Origin: Salinispira sp.
GTDB taxonomy: Bacteria > Spirochaetota > Spirochaetia > DSM-27196 > Salinispiraceae
DNA length: 64,000 bases
Assembly (NCBI GenBank): GCA_965602015.1
Contig: OZ271918.1
Location: forward strand, 672,001-736,000
Direction of reading: 5' to 3'
In this document: piece by piece, positions 1 through 11,444 of the stretch
Position numbering within the stretch: position 1 is the stretch's first letter
Layout: every line of letters starts with the position of its first letter
Program-made: the position numbers and the translations under genes
The notes under the pieces: generated by a model
Told to the model about the DNA's origin: nothing
Seen by the model: only the letters and a program-made list of their open reading frames with translations
The model's database searches: none

Positions 1-2
1 CG

Positions 3-30
3 ACGGCCCATAACCTGGGCCGTTCGTTTT
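3..30 (+). terminator. Probable intrinsic terminator of an upstream gene
   Basis: ACGGCCCA-taacc-TGGGCCGT hairpin followed by tcgtttt. Confidence 0.5.
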
Positions 31-78
31 ATTCCCTTCTCCCTTTGTAGGGTCTTCCATATCTGATATACTCCCGTC

Positions 79-972
79 ATGGACAGTCCGATGGTTCACC
101 CCGCCAGCGAAGATTTTCTCGAAAAACTGTATGCGCCGAATCCCCGACCCCTGGTTATGGGGATAATCAACGCAACACCTGATTCTTTTTATCCGGGAAG
201 CCGGGCGACCGGACTTGCCGCCCTTCAGAAAGCCCTTCAGTACGTGGTTGAAGGCGCTGATATTCTCGATATCGGGGGTGAATCCAGCCGCCCTGGTTCG
301 GACTATGTGGATGCCCGGGAAGAAATCGAACGGGTGGTGCCCCTTATCGCCTCGATCAGACGGGAGAGTCAGATTCCCATTTCCATAGACACCCGAAAAA
401 GAGCCGTCGCGCAGGCTGCCATCGAAGCCGGAGCCAATATCATTAACGATATTTCCGCATTGAGGGATGATCCGGGACTTGGCGAGCTTGCCGCCGATAC
501 CGGCGTACCGGTGATTCTTATGCACATGCAGGGCACGCCGGCATCAATGCAGAAATCCCCGAGTTATCACGACGTCGTCGGCGAGGTCTGCGGCTTCCTG
601 CAGGAGAGAATCGACTACGCCCAGTCTTTGGGAATCGCATGCGAGAAAATCATCGTCGATCCGGGAATCGGATTCGGAAAAGGCCACCTGCACAATCTGA
701 TGCTTCTTCGGCATCTGCCTCGCATCGTAGACCTGGGTTTTCCGGTTCTCATGGGACACTCCCGGAAAAGCTTCATCGGGCGAATTCTCGCCGGCCGGGA
801 AGGCGAGGGGGAAGACACTCAACCGGTGGATGTGGACCAACGTTTGTTTGGGTCGCTGGCAGTTGTTGCCGATAGTTATTACAGAGGTGCGCGGCTTTTT
901 CGGGTCCACGACGTGCTGGCGACCCGTCAGCTTCTGGAAGTGTGCCGGAGCATTTCAACTGCGGGTGAATAA
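79..972 (+). CDS. folP: Dihydropteroate synthase
   Basis: MGIINATPDSF, DIGGESSRPG, SIDT, DPGIGFGK, SRKSFIG and RVHDV motifs. Confidence 0.95.
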   Translation: MDSPMVHPASEDFLEKLYAPNPRPLVMGIINATPDSFYPGSRATGLAALQKALQYVVEGADILDIGGESSRPGSDYVDAREEIERVVPLIASIRRESQIPISIDTRKRAVAQAAIEAGANIINDISALRDDPGLGELAADTGVPVILMHMQGTPASMQKSPSYHDVVGEVCGFLQERIDYAQSLGIACEKIIVDPGIGFGKGHLHNLMLLRHLPRIVDLGFPVLMGHSRKSFIGRILAGREGEGEDTQPVDVDQRLFGSLAVVADSYYRGARLFRVHDVLATRQLLEVCRSISTAGE

Positions 973-1006
973 GCGCCTGACGCGAAATTTAGACTGAGGA
1001 TTGGGC

Positions 1007-1789
1007 ATGAGCTGGCTTACCGAAAGCTGGGCGCTGAGGACCGTTATCCTGCCGTTTTTGGATATCCTCCTCTTGGCGGTAATCTTTTACAAGGCATACA
1101 CCATTTTTCTCCAGACCCGGGCGATTCAGCTCGTCCGGGGTACCATGTTTATTATCACCCTCTATGCGCTGGCGTTTTTTCTCAACCTGACGACCGTTCT
1201 GTGGCTGCTCAATTTCCTCGCTCCGAGTCTGGTTATCGGCATTGCCATAATATTCCAGCCCGAGCTTCGCAAGATATTCACCCAGTTGGGTCAAAACCCC
1301 CTGTTCCGTTTTCGCGAGTCCTCCCGGCCCCTGGAAGTTGACACGGTGCTGCGGGCTGCCGAAGTGCTTTCGGCTCAAAAGCGGGGAGCCCTCATCGTAT
1401 TCGTGCGCAATGTGGGACAGAAGAATATCGTGGAAACCGGCAGCCGGCTGAACGCCGATGTCAGTGCGGCCCTTCTGATCAGCATTTTCGGTTTTGACAC
1501 CCCGCTTCACGACGGCGCCGCAGTCATCGAGAACGGCCGGGTCGTCGCAGCCGGCGCGTTTCTGCCCCTGTCTGAGCAACAGGATATTCGCCGAAGCTTC
1601 GGTACTCGTCACCGGGCGGCCCTCGGGCTGGCCGAAGATTCCGACGCGGTGGTGCTGGTAGTCTCCGAAGAGACCGGAGCCGTATCCCTTGCGTATCAGG
1701 CAGCCCTCTATTACGATCTCGAACTTGATGAAGTCAGGAGCCGCCTTATGGATCTGCTGAAACTCAGTGAGGAGGAGTTTGAGACGTGA
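1007..1789 (+). CDS. cdaA: Diadenylate cyclase CdaA/DacA
   Basis: Three N-terminal TM segments, IIFQPELRK, PLHDGA and GTRHRAA motifs; ATG at 1007 follows GAGGA. Confidence 0.93.
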   Translation: MSWLTESWALRTVILPFLDILLLAVIFYKAYTIFLQTRAIQLVRGTMFIITLYALAFFLNLTTVLWLLNFLAPSLVIGIAIIFQPELRKIFTQLGQNPLFRFRESSRPLEVDTVLRAAEVLSAQKRGALIVFVRNVGQKNIVETGSRLNADVSAALLISIFGFDTPLHDGAAVIENGRVVAAGAFLPLSEQQDIRRSFGTRHRAALGLAEDSDAVVLVVSEETGAVSLAYQAALYYDLELDEVRSRLMDLLKLSEEEFET

Positions 1790-2745
1790 GTTCCCGCCGC
1801 AGTCTTTCTCAGATCATCGTGCGCCTCTTTTCTAATTGGCCCGCCAAAGCCCTGGCTCTTGGGGCAGCCATTCTGCTGTATCTCCTCGTTGGTCTGGAAA
1901 ACCTGGAAGAACGCTACATCACCCTGCCTATCCGTCTGGAACTTCCTCAAAACCTGGTTCCCGCCAAGGAATACCCGGCCTTCGCACGGGTATACATCCG
2001 CGGTCAAGGGGACGATATCTACTCAATAACCGAAGACGAAATCCAAATCAGCGCGGATTTCCGGCAGTTCTCCAGGGAGGGGGAATACCGCGTCGCCCTG
2101 GAAGAGCGCCGTTTGGGTCTTGCGGCCAGCATCGAACCGCTGGAGATCAGAATAGAGCCGGGGCTCTTGGAACTCACTCTCGAGCAGCGGGTCAGCGCCA
2201 TGGTGCCGGTAGTGCCTGCAATCAGCGGGTCCCCCGCGCCGGGGTACGAACTCAGCTCGTATAGCGTGATCCCCGATCAGGTCGAAATTTACGGTCCCCG
2301 ATCGGTAATTTCACAGGTAAATGAGCTTAACACCGAGGAAATTGAGCTCGGAGCCCAGGACGGGGATTTTGTTCTGCGGGTTGCCCTTGTGGCTCCGAAT
2401 CCCCTGCTTCGATTCGAGGGCAGCCGGCTGGTTGAGTTCAGGGCGGAAATAAGCGATTCGATTTTGGTAAATACCTTTGAAAACGTTCCGTTGATAATAC
2501 TCGGGCTCTCAGATGAGTTCAGTGCGGACCTGGCGGTTCCCGGCGGAAGCATACGGGTTCAAGCTAGCCAGAGTCTGATAAATCAAACTGATCCGGAAGC
2601 CATCAGCCTGGCGGTCGATGCCAGCGATATCGATGCGCCCGGAGCGTATACCCTTTCGGTACGGCCGGTGGTGCCCCGGGGATTCGTAATCTTCCGATTC
2701 GATCCGGTTGAAATTGACATCGAGATACGGGAGAGAGTCCAGTGA
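1786..2745 (+). CDS. cdaR: CdaR/YbbR-domain regulator of diadenylate cyclase
   Basis: NWPAKALAL membrane anchor, repeated YbbR-like segments (PDQVEIYGP); overlaps cdaA stop. Confidence 0.85.
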   Translation: MSSRRSLSQIIVRLFSNWPAKALALGAAILLYLLVGLENLEERYITLPIRLELPQNLVPAKEYPAFARVYIRGQGDDIYSITEDEIQISADFRQFSREGEYRVALEERRLGLAASIEPLEIRIEPGLLELTLEQRVSAMVPVVPAISGSPAPGYELSSYSVIPDQVEIYGPRSVISQVNELNTEEIELGAQDGDFVLRVALVAPNPLLRFEGSRLVEFRAEISDSILVNTFENVPLIILGLSDEFSADLAVPGGSIRVQASQSLINQTDPEAISLAVDASDIDAPGAYTLSVRPVVPRGFVIFRFDPVEIDIEIRERVQ

Positions 2746-3110
2746 TCCTGGGAATCGGAGTTGATATCGCCCGCAACTCCAGGTTTGCGCTCTGGTTGGA
2801 AGATAGACAAAAACTGGAGCGGTTTTTTCATTCTGAAGAGATTGCCTATTGCCTTGAGCAGGGGCCGGGCTCCGCTGCATCTCTTGCAGCCCGATTTGCC
2901 GCCCGGGAAGCCTTTGCCAAAGCGCTGGGAAGGGGCTTCAGGGATTTCCCGTTAAAAGATGTGTGGGTGAGCAGGGACGGGCAGGGACGGCCGAACCTGA
3001 ACACCGCCGGCAAGGCCCGGGAAGCCGCTAATGCCCGTGGCGTCAAGGCCATTCATCTTTCCCTTTCCCACGAACGGGATTACGCAGTGGCAATGGTTGT
3101 GATAGAATAG
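2742..3110 (+). CDS. acpS: Holo-ACP synthase
   Basis: GIGVDI, LAARFAAREAFAKALG and LSLSHE motifs. Confidence 0.95.
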   Translation: MILGIGVDIARNSRFALWLEDRQKLERFFHSEEIAYCLEQGPGSAASLAARFAAREAFAKALGRGFRDFPLKDVWVSRDGQGRPNLNTAGKAREAANARGVKAIHLSLSHERDYAVAMVVIE

Positions 3111-3116
3111 GCCCCG

Positions 3117-3992
3117 ATGGCCGAAGAAAACGCTGCTACGACATTTTTCCAGAAAAAGCCCACGGTTTGTCCGGTCTGCGGTACTGAATTCTTTCGGGAG
3201 GAGCTTCTCACCGGCAGGGGACGCTTGATTGCCGGCAAGCTCACCTCTGAACTCCGAAGGTTGTACGAACCCAGCCAGAAGTACGGCGAGGTCTATCCCC
3301 TTATTTATCCGGTTACGGTGTGTCCCGGTTGCTACTATGCCGCCTGGAAGGAAGACTTCCTCAAACTCAACGGTGACGGAGTGGATGCCGCTGAAATCGA
3401 CACTAATGAGCGCATCGCCTGGGTATCTGAGGTCCTGGAAGGGGTGGATTTTCGGGCCAACCGGGGCCTGGCAGAGGGTCTTGCGGGTCAGCTGCTTGCC
3501 CTTCGCTGTTACGATTTTCACCGGTCGGACGTGTCCCCCATTGTAAAACAGGGCATCAGTGCCCTGAGGGGCGCCTGGCTCGCCCTTGATATGCATAAAA
3601 AATTCAGCGGCAGCAATTACGACTACCTGGCAAAAATGCTCTACCGCAAGGCGCGCTTTTTCTACCTGACGGCCATTGAATACGAATCGAACGGCAAGCA
3701 GGGTATCGGCGGGTGCCCGAACCTCGGGCCCGACATCGACAAAAATTACATGTTCGACGGAGTTCTCTATATATACGGGTACCTCGAATACCATTACGGG
3801 CCACGCTCTGATTCCTCGAAGCGTGAGGAAAATCTCAAGCGGGCCAAGCGCACCATTGCCCGGATTTTCGGCATGGGAAAGGCCACAAAAAATAAACCCC
3901 TGGCCCTGCTGGATAATGCCCGCGACCTCTACTCCCAGATCGGCAAGACCCTGGGACTGGAAAATCTCGATCCCGAGAAAGATCCGGGATGA
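3117..3992 (+). CDS. DUF2225-family protein (Zn-ribbon plus helical domain)
   Basis: CPVCGTEF and VCPGCYYA Cys pairs; position between acpS and truA as in other spirochetes. Confidence 0.75.
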   Translation: MAEENAATTFFQKKPTVCPVCGTEFFREELLTGRGRLIAGKLTSELRRLYEPSQKYGEVYPLIYPVTVCPGCYYAAWKEDFLKLNGDGVDAAEIDTNERIAWVSEVLEGVDFRANRGLAEGLAGQLLALRCYDFHRSDVSPIVKQGISALRGAWLALDMHKKFSGSNYDYLAKMLYRKARFFYLTAIEYESNGKQGIGGCPNLGPDIDKNYMFDGVLYIYGYLEYHYGPRSDSSKREENLKRAKRTIARIFGMGKATKNKPLALLDNARDLYSQIGKTLGLENLDPEKDPG

Positions 3993-4006
3993 GGGTATAG
4001 CCATTC

Positions 4007-4762
4007 ATGCGAAACGTAAAACTGACAATCGCCTATGACGGGACGGATTTCCTGGGCTGGCAGAAACAGAAAGAAGGCCGCACGGTTCAGGGCGAAGTGG
4101 AAAAAGCATTGTCCCGAATGCATAAACGGGAAATCTCCGTGGCCTGCGCCGGAAGAACCGATTCCGGGGTTCACGCGAACGGCCAGGTAATCAGCTTTTG
4201 CTCCGAGCTCGATATTCCTGCGGAAAAACTGTGCAGGGCCGTAAGCTCGTTTTTCCCCAAGGATGTGTCCGCCGTGGCGTCCGAGCTGGTAGATGATGAT
4301 TTTCACGCGCGCTATTCGGCCCGCCGAAGAAGTTACAAATACTATATTTTTCCGTCTCCCGTGCGCATACCCCATTACCGGCGCTACTCGGTCAGAACCC
4401 TTCGGCGTCCCGATCTTTCGCTGCTGAACCGATATGCGGGAAAAATTATCGGCGAGCATGATTTTAGTACGTTTTCCGCACCGAATGAGCAGGTTCCCCA
4501 CAGGGTTCGGCGGGTTCTCAGCGCCGGGTTTTACCCCGAGGGGGATTTTATCGCTTTCCGAATCACCGGCACCGCATTTTTATGGAAGATGGTGCGCAGT
4601 CTCGTGGGAAGTTTTATCGAATACGAGGAACGGGGCGTAGATCCCGCGGAAGTTGCCGAATATCTGGCGGCCGGTGACCGGAGCCTGGCTGGAATGACCG
4701 CCCAGGCCCGGGGACTGTTTTTTGACCGGGTCGAGTACCACGACCGGCCGGGAGGTTTCTGA
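4007..4762 (+). CDS. truA: tRNA pseudouridine(38-40) synthase
   Basis: YDGTDFLGWQ, AGRTDSGVHA, GEHDFSTF and FLWKMVR motifs. Confidence 0.96.
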   Translation: MRNVKLTIAYDGTDFLGWQKQKEGRTVQGEVEKALSRMHKREISVACAGRTDSGVHANGQVISFCSELDIPAEKLCRAVSSFFPKDVSAVASELVDDDFHARYSARRRSYKYYIFPSPVRIPHYRRYSVRTLRRPDLSLLNRYAGKIIGEHDFSTFSAPNEQVPHRVRRVLSAGFYPEGDFIAFRITGTAFLWKMVRSLVGSFIEYEERGVDPAEVAEYLAAGDRSLAGMTAQARGLFFDRVEYHDRPGGF

Positions 4763-5544
4763 TGGAAAAAAGCCCGAGATCTCTGCTTTGGGACATTATT
4801 AACGATTACGAAGATGCCCTCCGCTACCAAAATAGGCGTTCCTCCAGCCGTCCCCGGATTCCGCCGGCACCCCGGCCGGCGCTGGCCCGGGAAGCGGCGG
4901 AGGGGTATGAGCTTCCCGGGAGGACGGGGCCGGCTGAGGCAGTGAATGATGCCGGACCCCCGAAGGATGACAGCCTGGCTGCGCTGGCAGCGGAGGTTGA
5001 AGGCTGCACGCTCTGCGCTCTGCAACAGGGCCGCCGGCGCGCGGTACCCGGTGCCGGCGACAGCGAGAACTGTCAGCTCCTGGTGATCGGCGAGGGACCC
5101 GGTGCCGAGGAAGACCGGCTCGGACTGCCATTTGTGGGGCCTGCGGGCCAGTATCTCGATAAATGGCTGGACGCCATCGGCCTGAGCCGGAACAACGGCG
5201 TCTTTATCGTCAATGCGGTCAAATGCAGGCCGCCGGGAAACCGGGATCCACTGCCCGATGAGACATCGGCCTGTATGCCCTACCTGCTGCGTCAGATCGC
5301 GTTGCTTGCTCCCCGGGCAATTCTCTGCGTGGGGCGGATCAGCAGTTCAATTCTCCTGGGTGATGGCCAGCGAATCAGTAAAATCCGTGGGCGCTGGACG
5401 GAATTCCGGGGAATCCCCCTTATGCCCACCTATCATCCCAGCGCAGTACTTCGCAACAGCGAGCTTCGCAGGCCGGTGTGGGAAGATATGAAGAAAATCA
5501 AACGTGCACTGGAGACAGGAAATTTCAGCGATGAGGTATTGTAG
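4762..5544 (+). CDS. Family-4 uracil-DNA glycosylase (Fe-S)
   Basis: CTLC, IGEGPG, PFVG, KCRPPGNR and TYHPS motifs; Pro-rich N-terminal extension. Confidence 0.92.
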   Translation: MEKSPRSLLWDIINDYEDALRYQNRRSSSRPRIPPAPRPALAREAAEGYELPGRTGPAEAVNDAGPPKDDSLAALAAEVEGCTLCALQQGRRRAVPGAGDSENCQLLVIGEGPGAEEDRLGLPFVGPAGQYLDKWLDAIGLSRNNGVFIVNAVKCRPPGNRDPLPDETSACMPYLLRQIALLAPRAILCVGRISSSILLGDGQRISKIRGRWTEFRGIPLMPTYHPSAVLRNSELRRPVWEDMKKIKRALETGNFSDEVL

Positions 5545-7516
5545 GCTCCTGTTCAACCGTCCCCTGGACGGCAGCTACAGCTACCTGCTTTCGGATGAAC
5601 TTCTTGAAAAGGCCGGTAATCCCCCCAGTCTCGTCGGTTATCGGGTAATGGCCCCTTTAGGACGGCAGGACCTCACGGGATACGTCATTGATGACAGCCC
5701 GGACAAGCCGAACGATCTTCCGGAGGGCGTCAGAATTCGGGAAATCCGCCGTATTGTCGATGACGGACCGGTTTTTCTCGAACGCCAGATTTCCATGGCC
5801 CGCTGGATGGCCAAGGTCTATTTCTGCAGCCTCGGGGAAGCACTGGCCATAATGATACCGGCGGGGAGGAAGGACCGGGAAATCCCCGGCCTGCTGTCGG
5901 AAGATGACGGATTTCTCGCCTCGGAAGTTCGCCTCAGCGACGAACAGAGTTCGGCTGTCGAGAAGGTAAGCTCCTCTTTGGAGGGGCGCTTTTATTTGTA
6001 CGGCATAACGGGCTCGGGAAAGACTGAAGTCTTCCTACAGGCTGCCGAGCGCACCCTCGCCGAGGGCCGGAGCATCATCTACCTCGTACCGGAAATATCA
6101 CTCACACATCAGGTCGTCGACCTGATCCGCCGTCGCTTCAGCGAGTCCGCGGCGGTGCTCCATTCGAGCCTCACTCCCAGCCAGCGAATTGCCGAATGGC
6201 GGAGGATTCTTTCGGGGAAGGCCCGCTTCGTCATCGGAGCCCGCAGCGCGATCTTCGCGCCGCTGGAGAATCTCGGCCTGATAATCCTCGATGAGGAACA
6301 CGAGAGTTCATACAAGTCGGGGTCGACTCCCCGGTATCACGCCCGTCAGCTCGCCATGTACCGGGCGGCAAACGAGGGTGCCCGGCTGCTTATGGGGTCG
6401 GCGACTCCCAGCGTCGAAGCCTGGCATTTTATGCAGGAGGGAAAGCTCGAACGGCTTAATCTCACCCGCAGGCTCTCCGGGGGAGCGATGCCCTCCATGG
6501 AACTGGTAAACATCAGGGGAAGCGAGGCAAGCCTCAGCGAGCGCCTCCGGAATGAAATTCGCGCAAGCCTTGATGCCCGACGGCAGGTAATACTCTTTCT
6601 CAATCGCAGGGGATTCGGATACTTCTATCACTGCCGCAGCTGCGGTCAGGATTTTTCCTGCGCCCGCTGTTCTGTGAGCCTGACCTATCATAAATCAAAG
6701 GGTCGGCTGGTATGCCATCATTGCGGATACAGCATCCCGGCGCCTGAAGCTTGTCCGGAATGCGGGAGCCTCGACCTGGGCTACTCGGGGTTCGGGACTG
6801 AAAAGGTCGAAGAGGACGTTCGCCGTGCCTTTCCGAATTCGACGGTGCTCCGGCTGGACACCGACAGCACCCAAAAAAAGGGAGTTCTTCAGAAGGGAAT
6901 CGAGGATTTTCGAAATGGTAAAATCGATATCCTTCTGGGTACCCAAATGGTTGCCAAGGGATTGAATTTTCCCGGGGTGAACCTGGTCGGGATAATCATG
7001 GCGGATTCATCCCTGCACCTGCCGGATTTCCGCAGCTATGAAAAGACTTTTGCCCTTATCACCCAGGTTGCCGGCCGCGCGGGGCGATATCATCGGGACG
7101 GCAAGGTCATTGTACAGACCCTCAATCCTGCCCATCATATTATCCGCCAATCTGCGGCCCTCGACATGGACGGTTTTTACGCCCGGGAACTGGAAAGCCG
7201 GCGTCAGCTCAACTTCCCTCCGTTCTCCCGGATGCTTCGGCTTTTGGTACGGGGCAAGGATGCCCGGGCGGTATGGGAAGTCGCCGGTGCTCTGGCATCG
7301 GCGGTTAATCGGGTTTTACAGGACGCACAAGGCGAAGTGCTCGGGCCCGCAGAGAGTCCCCTGGCGATTGTCAACAAAAACTACCGGGTGCACATGCTCA
7401 TATTGACCCCTCGAATGGCTGCCCTTCAAAGCCTGCTCCCCAGGGTTTTACGGGGTATTAAATCTCCCAGGGGGATTCATCTTGAGATTGATACGGACCC
7501 CCAAAGCCTTTTGTAA
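5531..7516 (+). CDS. priA: Primosomal protein N' helicase
   Basis: GITGSGKTEV, DEEHE, GSATPS, CxxC zinc motifs, GTQMVAKG, QVAGRAGR. Confidence 0.96.
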   Translation: MRYCRLLFNRPLDGSYSYLLSDELLEKAGNPPSLVGYRVMAPLGRQDLTGYVIDDSPDKPNDLPEGVRIREIRRIVDDGPVFLERQISMARWMAKVYFCSLGEALAIMIPAGRKDREIPGLLSEDDGFLASEVRLSDEQSSAVEKVSSSLEGRFYLYGITGSGKTEVFLQAAERTLAEGRSIIYLVPEISLTHQVVDLIRRRFSESAAVLHSSLTPSQRIAEWRRILSGKARFVIGARSAIFAPLENLGLIILDEEHESSYKSGSTPRYHARQLAMYRAANEGARLLMGSATPSVEAWHFMQEGKLERLNLTRRLSGGAMPSMELVNIRGSEASLSERLRNEIRASLDARRQVILFLNRRGFGYFYHCRSCGQDFSCARCSVSLTYHKSKGRLVCHHCGYSIPAPEACPECGSLDLGYSGFGTEKVEEDVRRAFPNSTVLRLDTDSTQKKGVLQKGIEDFRNGKIDILLGTQMVAKGLNFPGVNLVGIIMADSSLHLPDFRSYEKTFALITQVAGRAGRYHRDGKVIVQTLNPAHHIIRQSAALDMDGFYARELESRRQLNFPPFSRMLRLLVRGKDARAVWEVAGALASAVNRVLQDAQGEVLGPAESPLAIVNKNYRVHMLILTPRMAALQSLLPRVLRGIKSPRGIHLEIDTDPQSLL

Positions 7517-7599
7517 ACCGCGACCTGGGGCCCCGGATTTTGCCAAACTGGCTATTTACGGCTGCTGTAATCTCTCATAGACTTAGTAACGGGGAGAAT

Positions 7600-8256
7600 A
7601 TGCAATTTATCGACATACCGACCGAGTTAACCACCGCCTTCACCGACCTGATTTTGGCAGCTGTGTCGCTGTACGCCGTGGCCATGCTGCGGATCAGGTC
7701 CGGGGATTTTAGCATCTCGCAAAAACCCCGGATTTGGATGGCCGCGTTTACCGCCCTGGCCATAGCAGGTCTGCTGGGTTTTTTCGCCCACGGCTTTGTT
7801 ATGAGTGAAAGACTCAACAGTGCGCTTTGGCAGCCTCTGTATCTCAGCCTGGGAATAACCGTTGCGTTTTTCGCCGCCGGCGTCCTCATCGATATGCGCC
7901 GTCGTCGATTGCCCGCCGGGGTAATTATCGCGCTGGTTATTGTGGCGTCGGTGTTTTACGGGTTTACCCTCGTGGTGCCCGGTTCTTTTCTGGTGTTTAT
8001 CGCGTACGAAGCCATGGCAATGCTGTTCGCCTTGACGGTCTACCTGGTAATTGCAGTTCGCCGGGGCGGCGCGTGGACCTGGTTCATGACGTTGGGAATA
8101 TTTTTCAGTATTGCGGCGGCGGTCATCCAGGCCACAGGAAGCCTGTCAGTGACTTTGATATGGGAGTTCGATCACAATGGTATTTTCCACCTGGTTCAAA
8201 TTCCCGGGGTGTTTTTTCTCCTCGCCGGAATTATGGCGTCCAGGGAGCGAAGGTGA
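7600..8256 (+). CDS. Multi-pass membrane protein (DUF6962-like)
   Basis: About 7 hydrophobic segments, ELTTAFTD and FDHNGIFH motifs; GGGGAG SD before ATG 7600. Confidence 0.6.
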   Translation: MQFIDIPTELTTAFTDLILAAVSLYAVAMLRIRSGDFSISQKPRIWMAAFTALAIAGLLGFFAHGFVMSERLNSALWQPLYLSLGITVAFFAAGVLIDMRRRRLPAGVIIALVIVASVFYGFTLVVPGSFLVFIAYEAMAMLFALTVYLVIAVRRGGAWTWFMTLGIFFSIAAAVIQATGSLSVTLIWEFDHNGIFHLVQIPGVFFLLAGIMASRERR

Positions 8257-8259
8257 CCC

Positions 8260-9123
8260 GTGGCTGAGCAGGAACTATCGCAGGGGGATGACTGGTTACC
8301 GTACAAGGAGGACAGAAACGCCTCCTACGGCGGAAGAAGTTTCTATTTTTTCGATCTAGACGATAACATCCTCCATCTCGATACCCCTATCATCCTCTTT
8401 CACAAAGAGACCGGGGCTGAACGTGAAATCAGTTCCGCCGACCTGGCCGCCTATGGAAATACAATAGGCAAAAGCGGGCCCTACGGGGAATTCCGCTTTG
8501 AACAGGATGACCGGACCGGAAGTTTTCGTAATTTCAGGGATCCCCCTTTTGGTCCTTCCCCCCTTGTGAAAGACCTTGAGAGGGCCATACGCCAACCGGT
8601 TTGGGAGTGGCGGGGTCCGAGCTGGAATCATTTCTTTTACGCGGTGCTCAACCGGAGGCCGGTAAGCATAATAACCGCCCGCGGTCATCGCCCGGAGAGC
8701 ATCAAGCGGGCCCTGAATCTGCTCTACCGCCGGGGGGAGCTTCTCAAGCGTCCCAATTTTCTCAGCGTGTTCCCGGTCACCAATCCGCTGCTGCGCCAAC
8801 GGGTTTTCAAAGACCCGCATTACGCCAGGCCGGTGGCTGAATTAAAATACGAAGCGCTGATTCTTGCGGTGGAGAACGCCTTCCGGCGCTACGGTAAAAA
8901 TCCTCACCACCGATTCGGGGTGAGTGACGATGATCCAAATAATATTCGGGAAATCTCCCGGGCATTGGTGGAGGTAAAGCGCCGCTACCCCCAAAACTCG
9001 TTTTTTGTCATCGACAGTTCGGGCAGGAGCATACAAAAGACGGAAATTTTCGAAGATCACACCGAACAATCAAGAACCATCGATCTGTCAGATGCGCTGA
9101 ATTATCAGCTGTTTGACTTCTGA
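8260..9123 (+). CDS. Uncharacterised HAD-superfamily phosphatase-like protein
   Basis: FFDLDDNIL (motif I DxD), IITARGH (motif II), GVSDDD (motif IV). Confidence 0.65.
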   Translation: MAEQELSQGDDWLPYKEDRNASYGGRSFYFFDLDDNILHLDTPIILFHKETGAEREISSADLAAYGNTIGKSGPYGEFRFEQDDRTGSFRNFRDPPFGPSPLVKDLERAIRQPVWEWRGPSWNHFFYAVLNRRPVSIITARGHRPESIKRALNLLYRRGELLKRPNFLSVFPVTNPLLRQRVFKDPHYARPVAELKYEALILAVENAFRRYGKNPHHRFGVSDDDPNNIREISRALVEVKRRYPQNSFFVIDSSGRSIQKTEIFEDHTEQSRTIDLSDALNYQLFDF

Positions 9124-9201
9124 CCTGTCGGTCCCAAAAAATCAAGCAATTATGATAAACTATTGTATAGTACTCCATACACAACAATTCGAAGGGAATA
9201 A

Positions 9202-11433
<2,232 letters not shown>

Positions 11434-11444
11434 TGACGGGGGGG

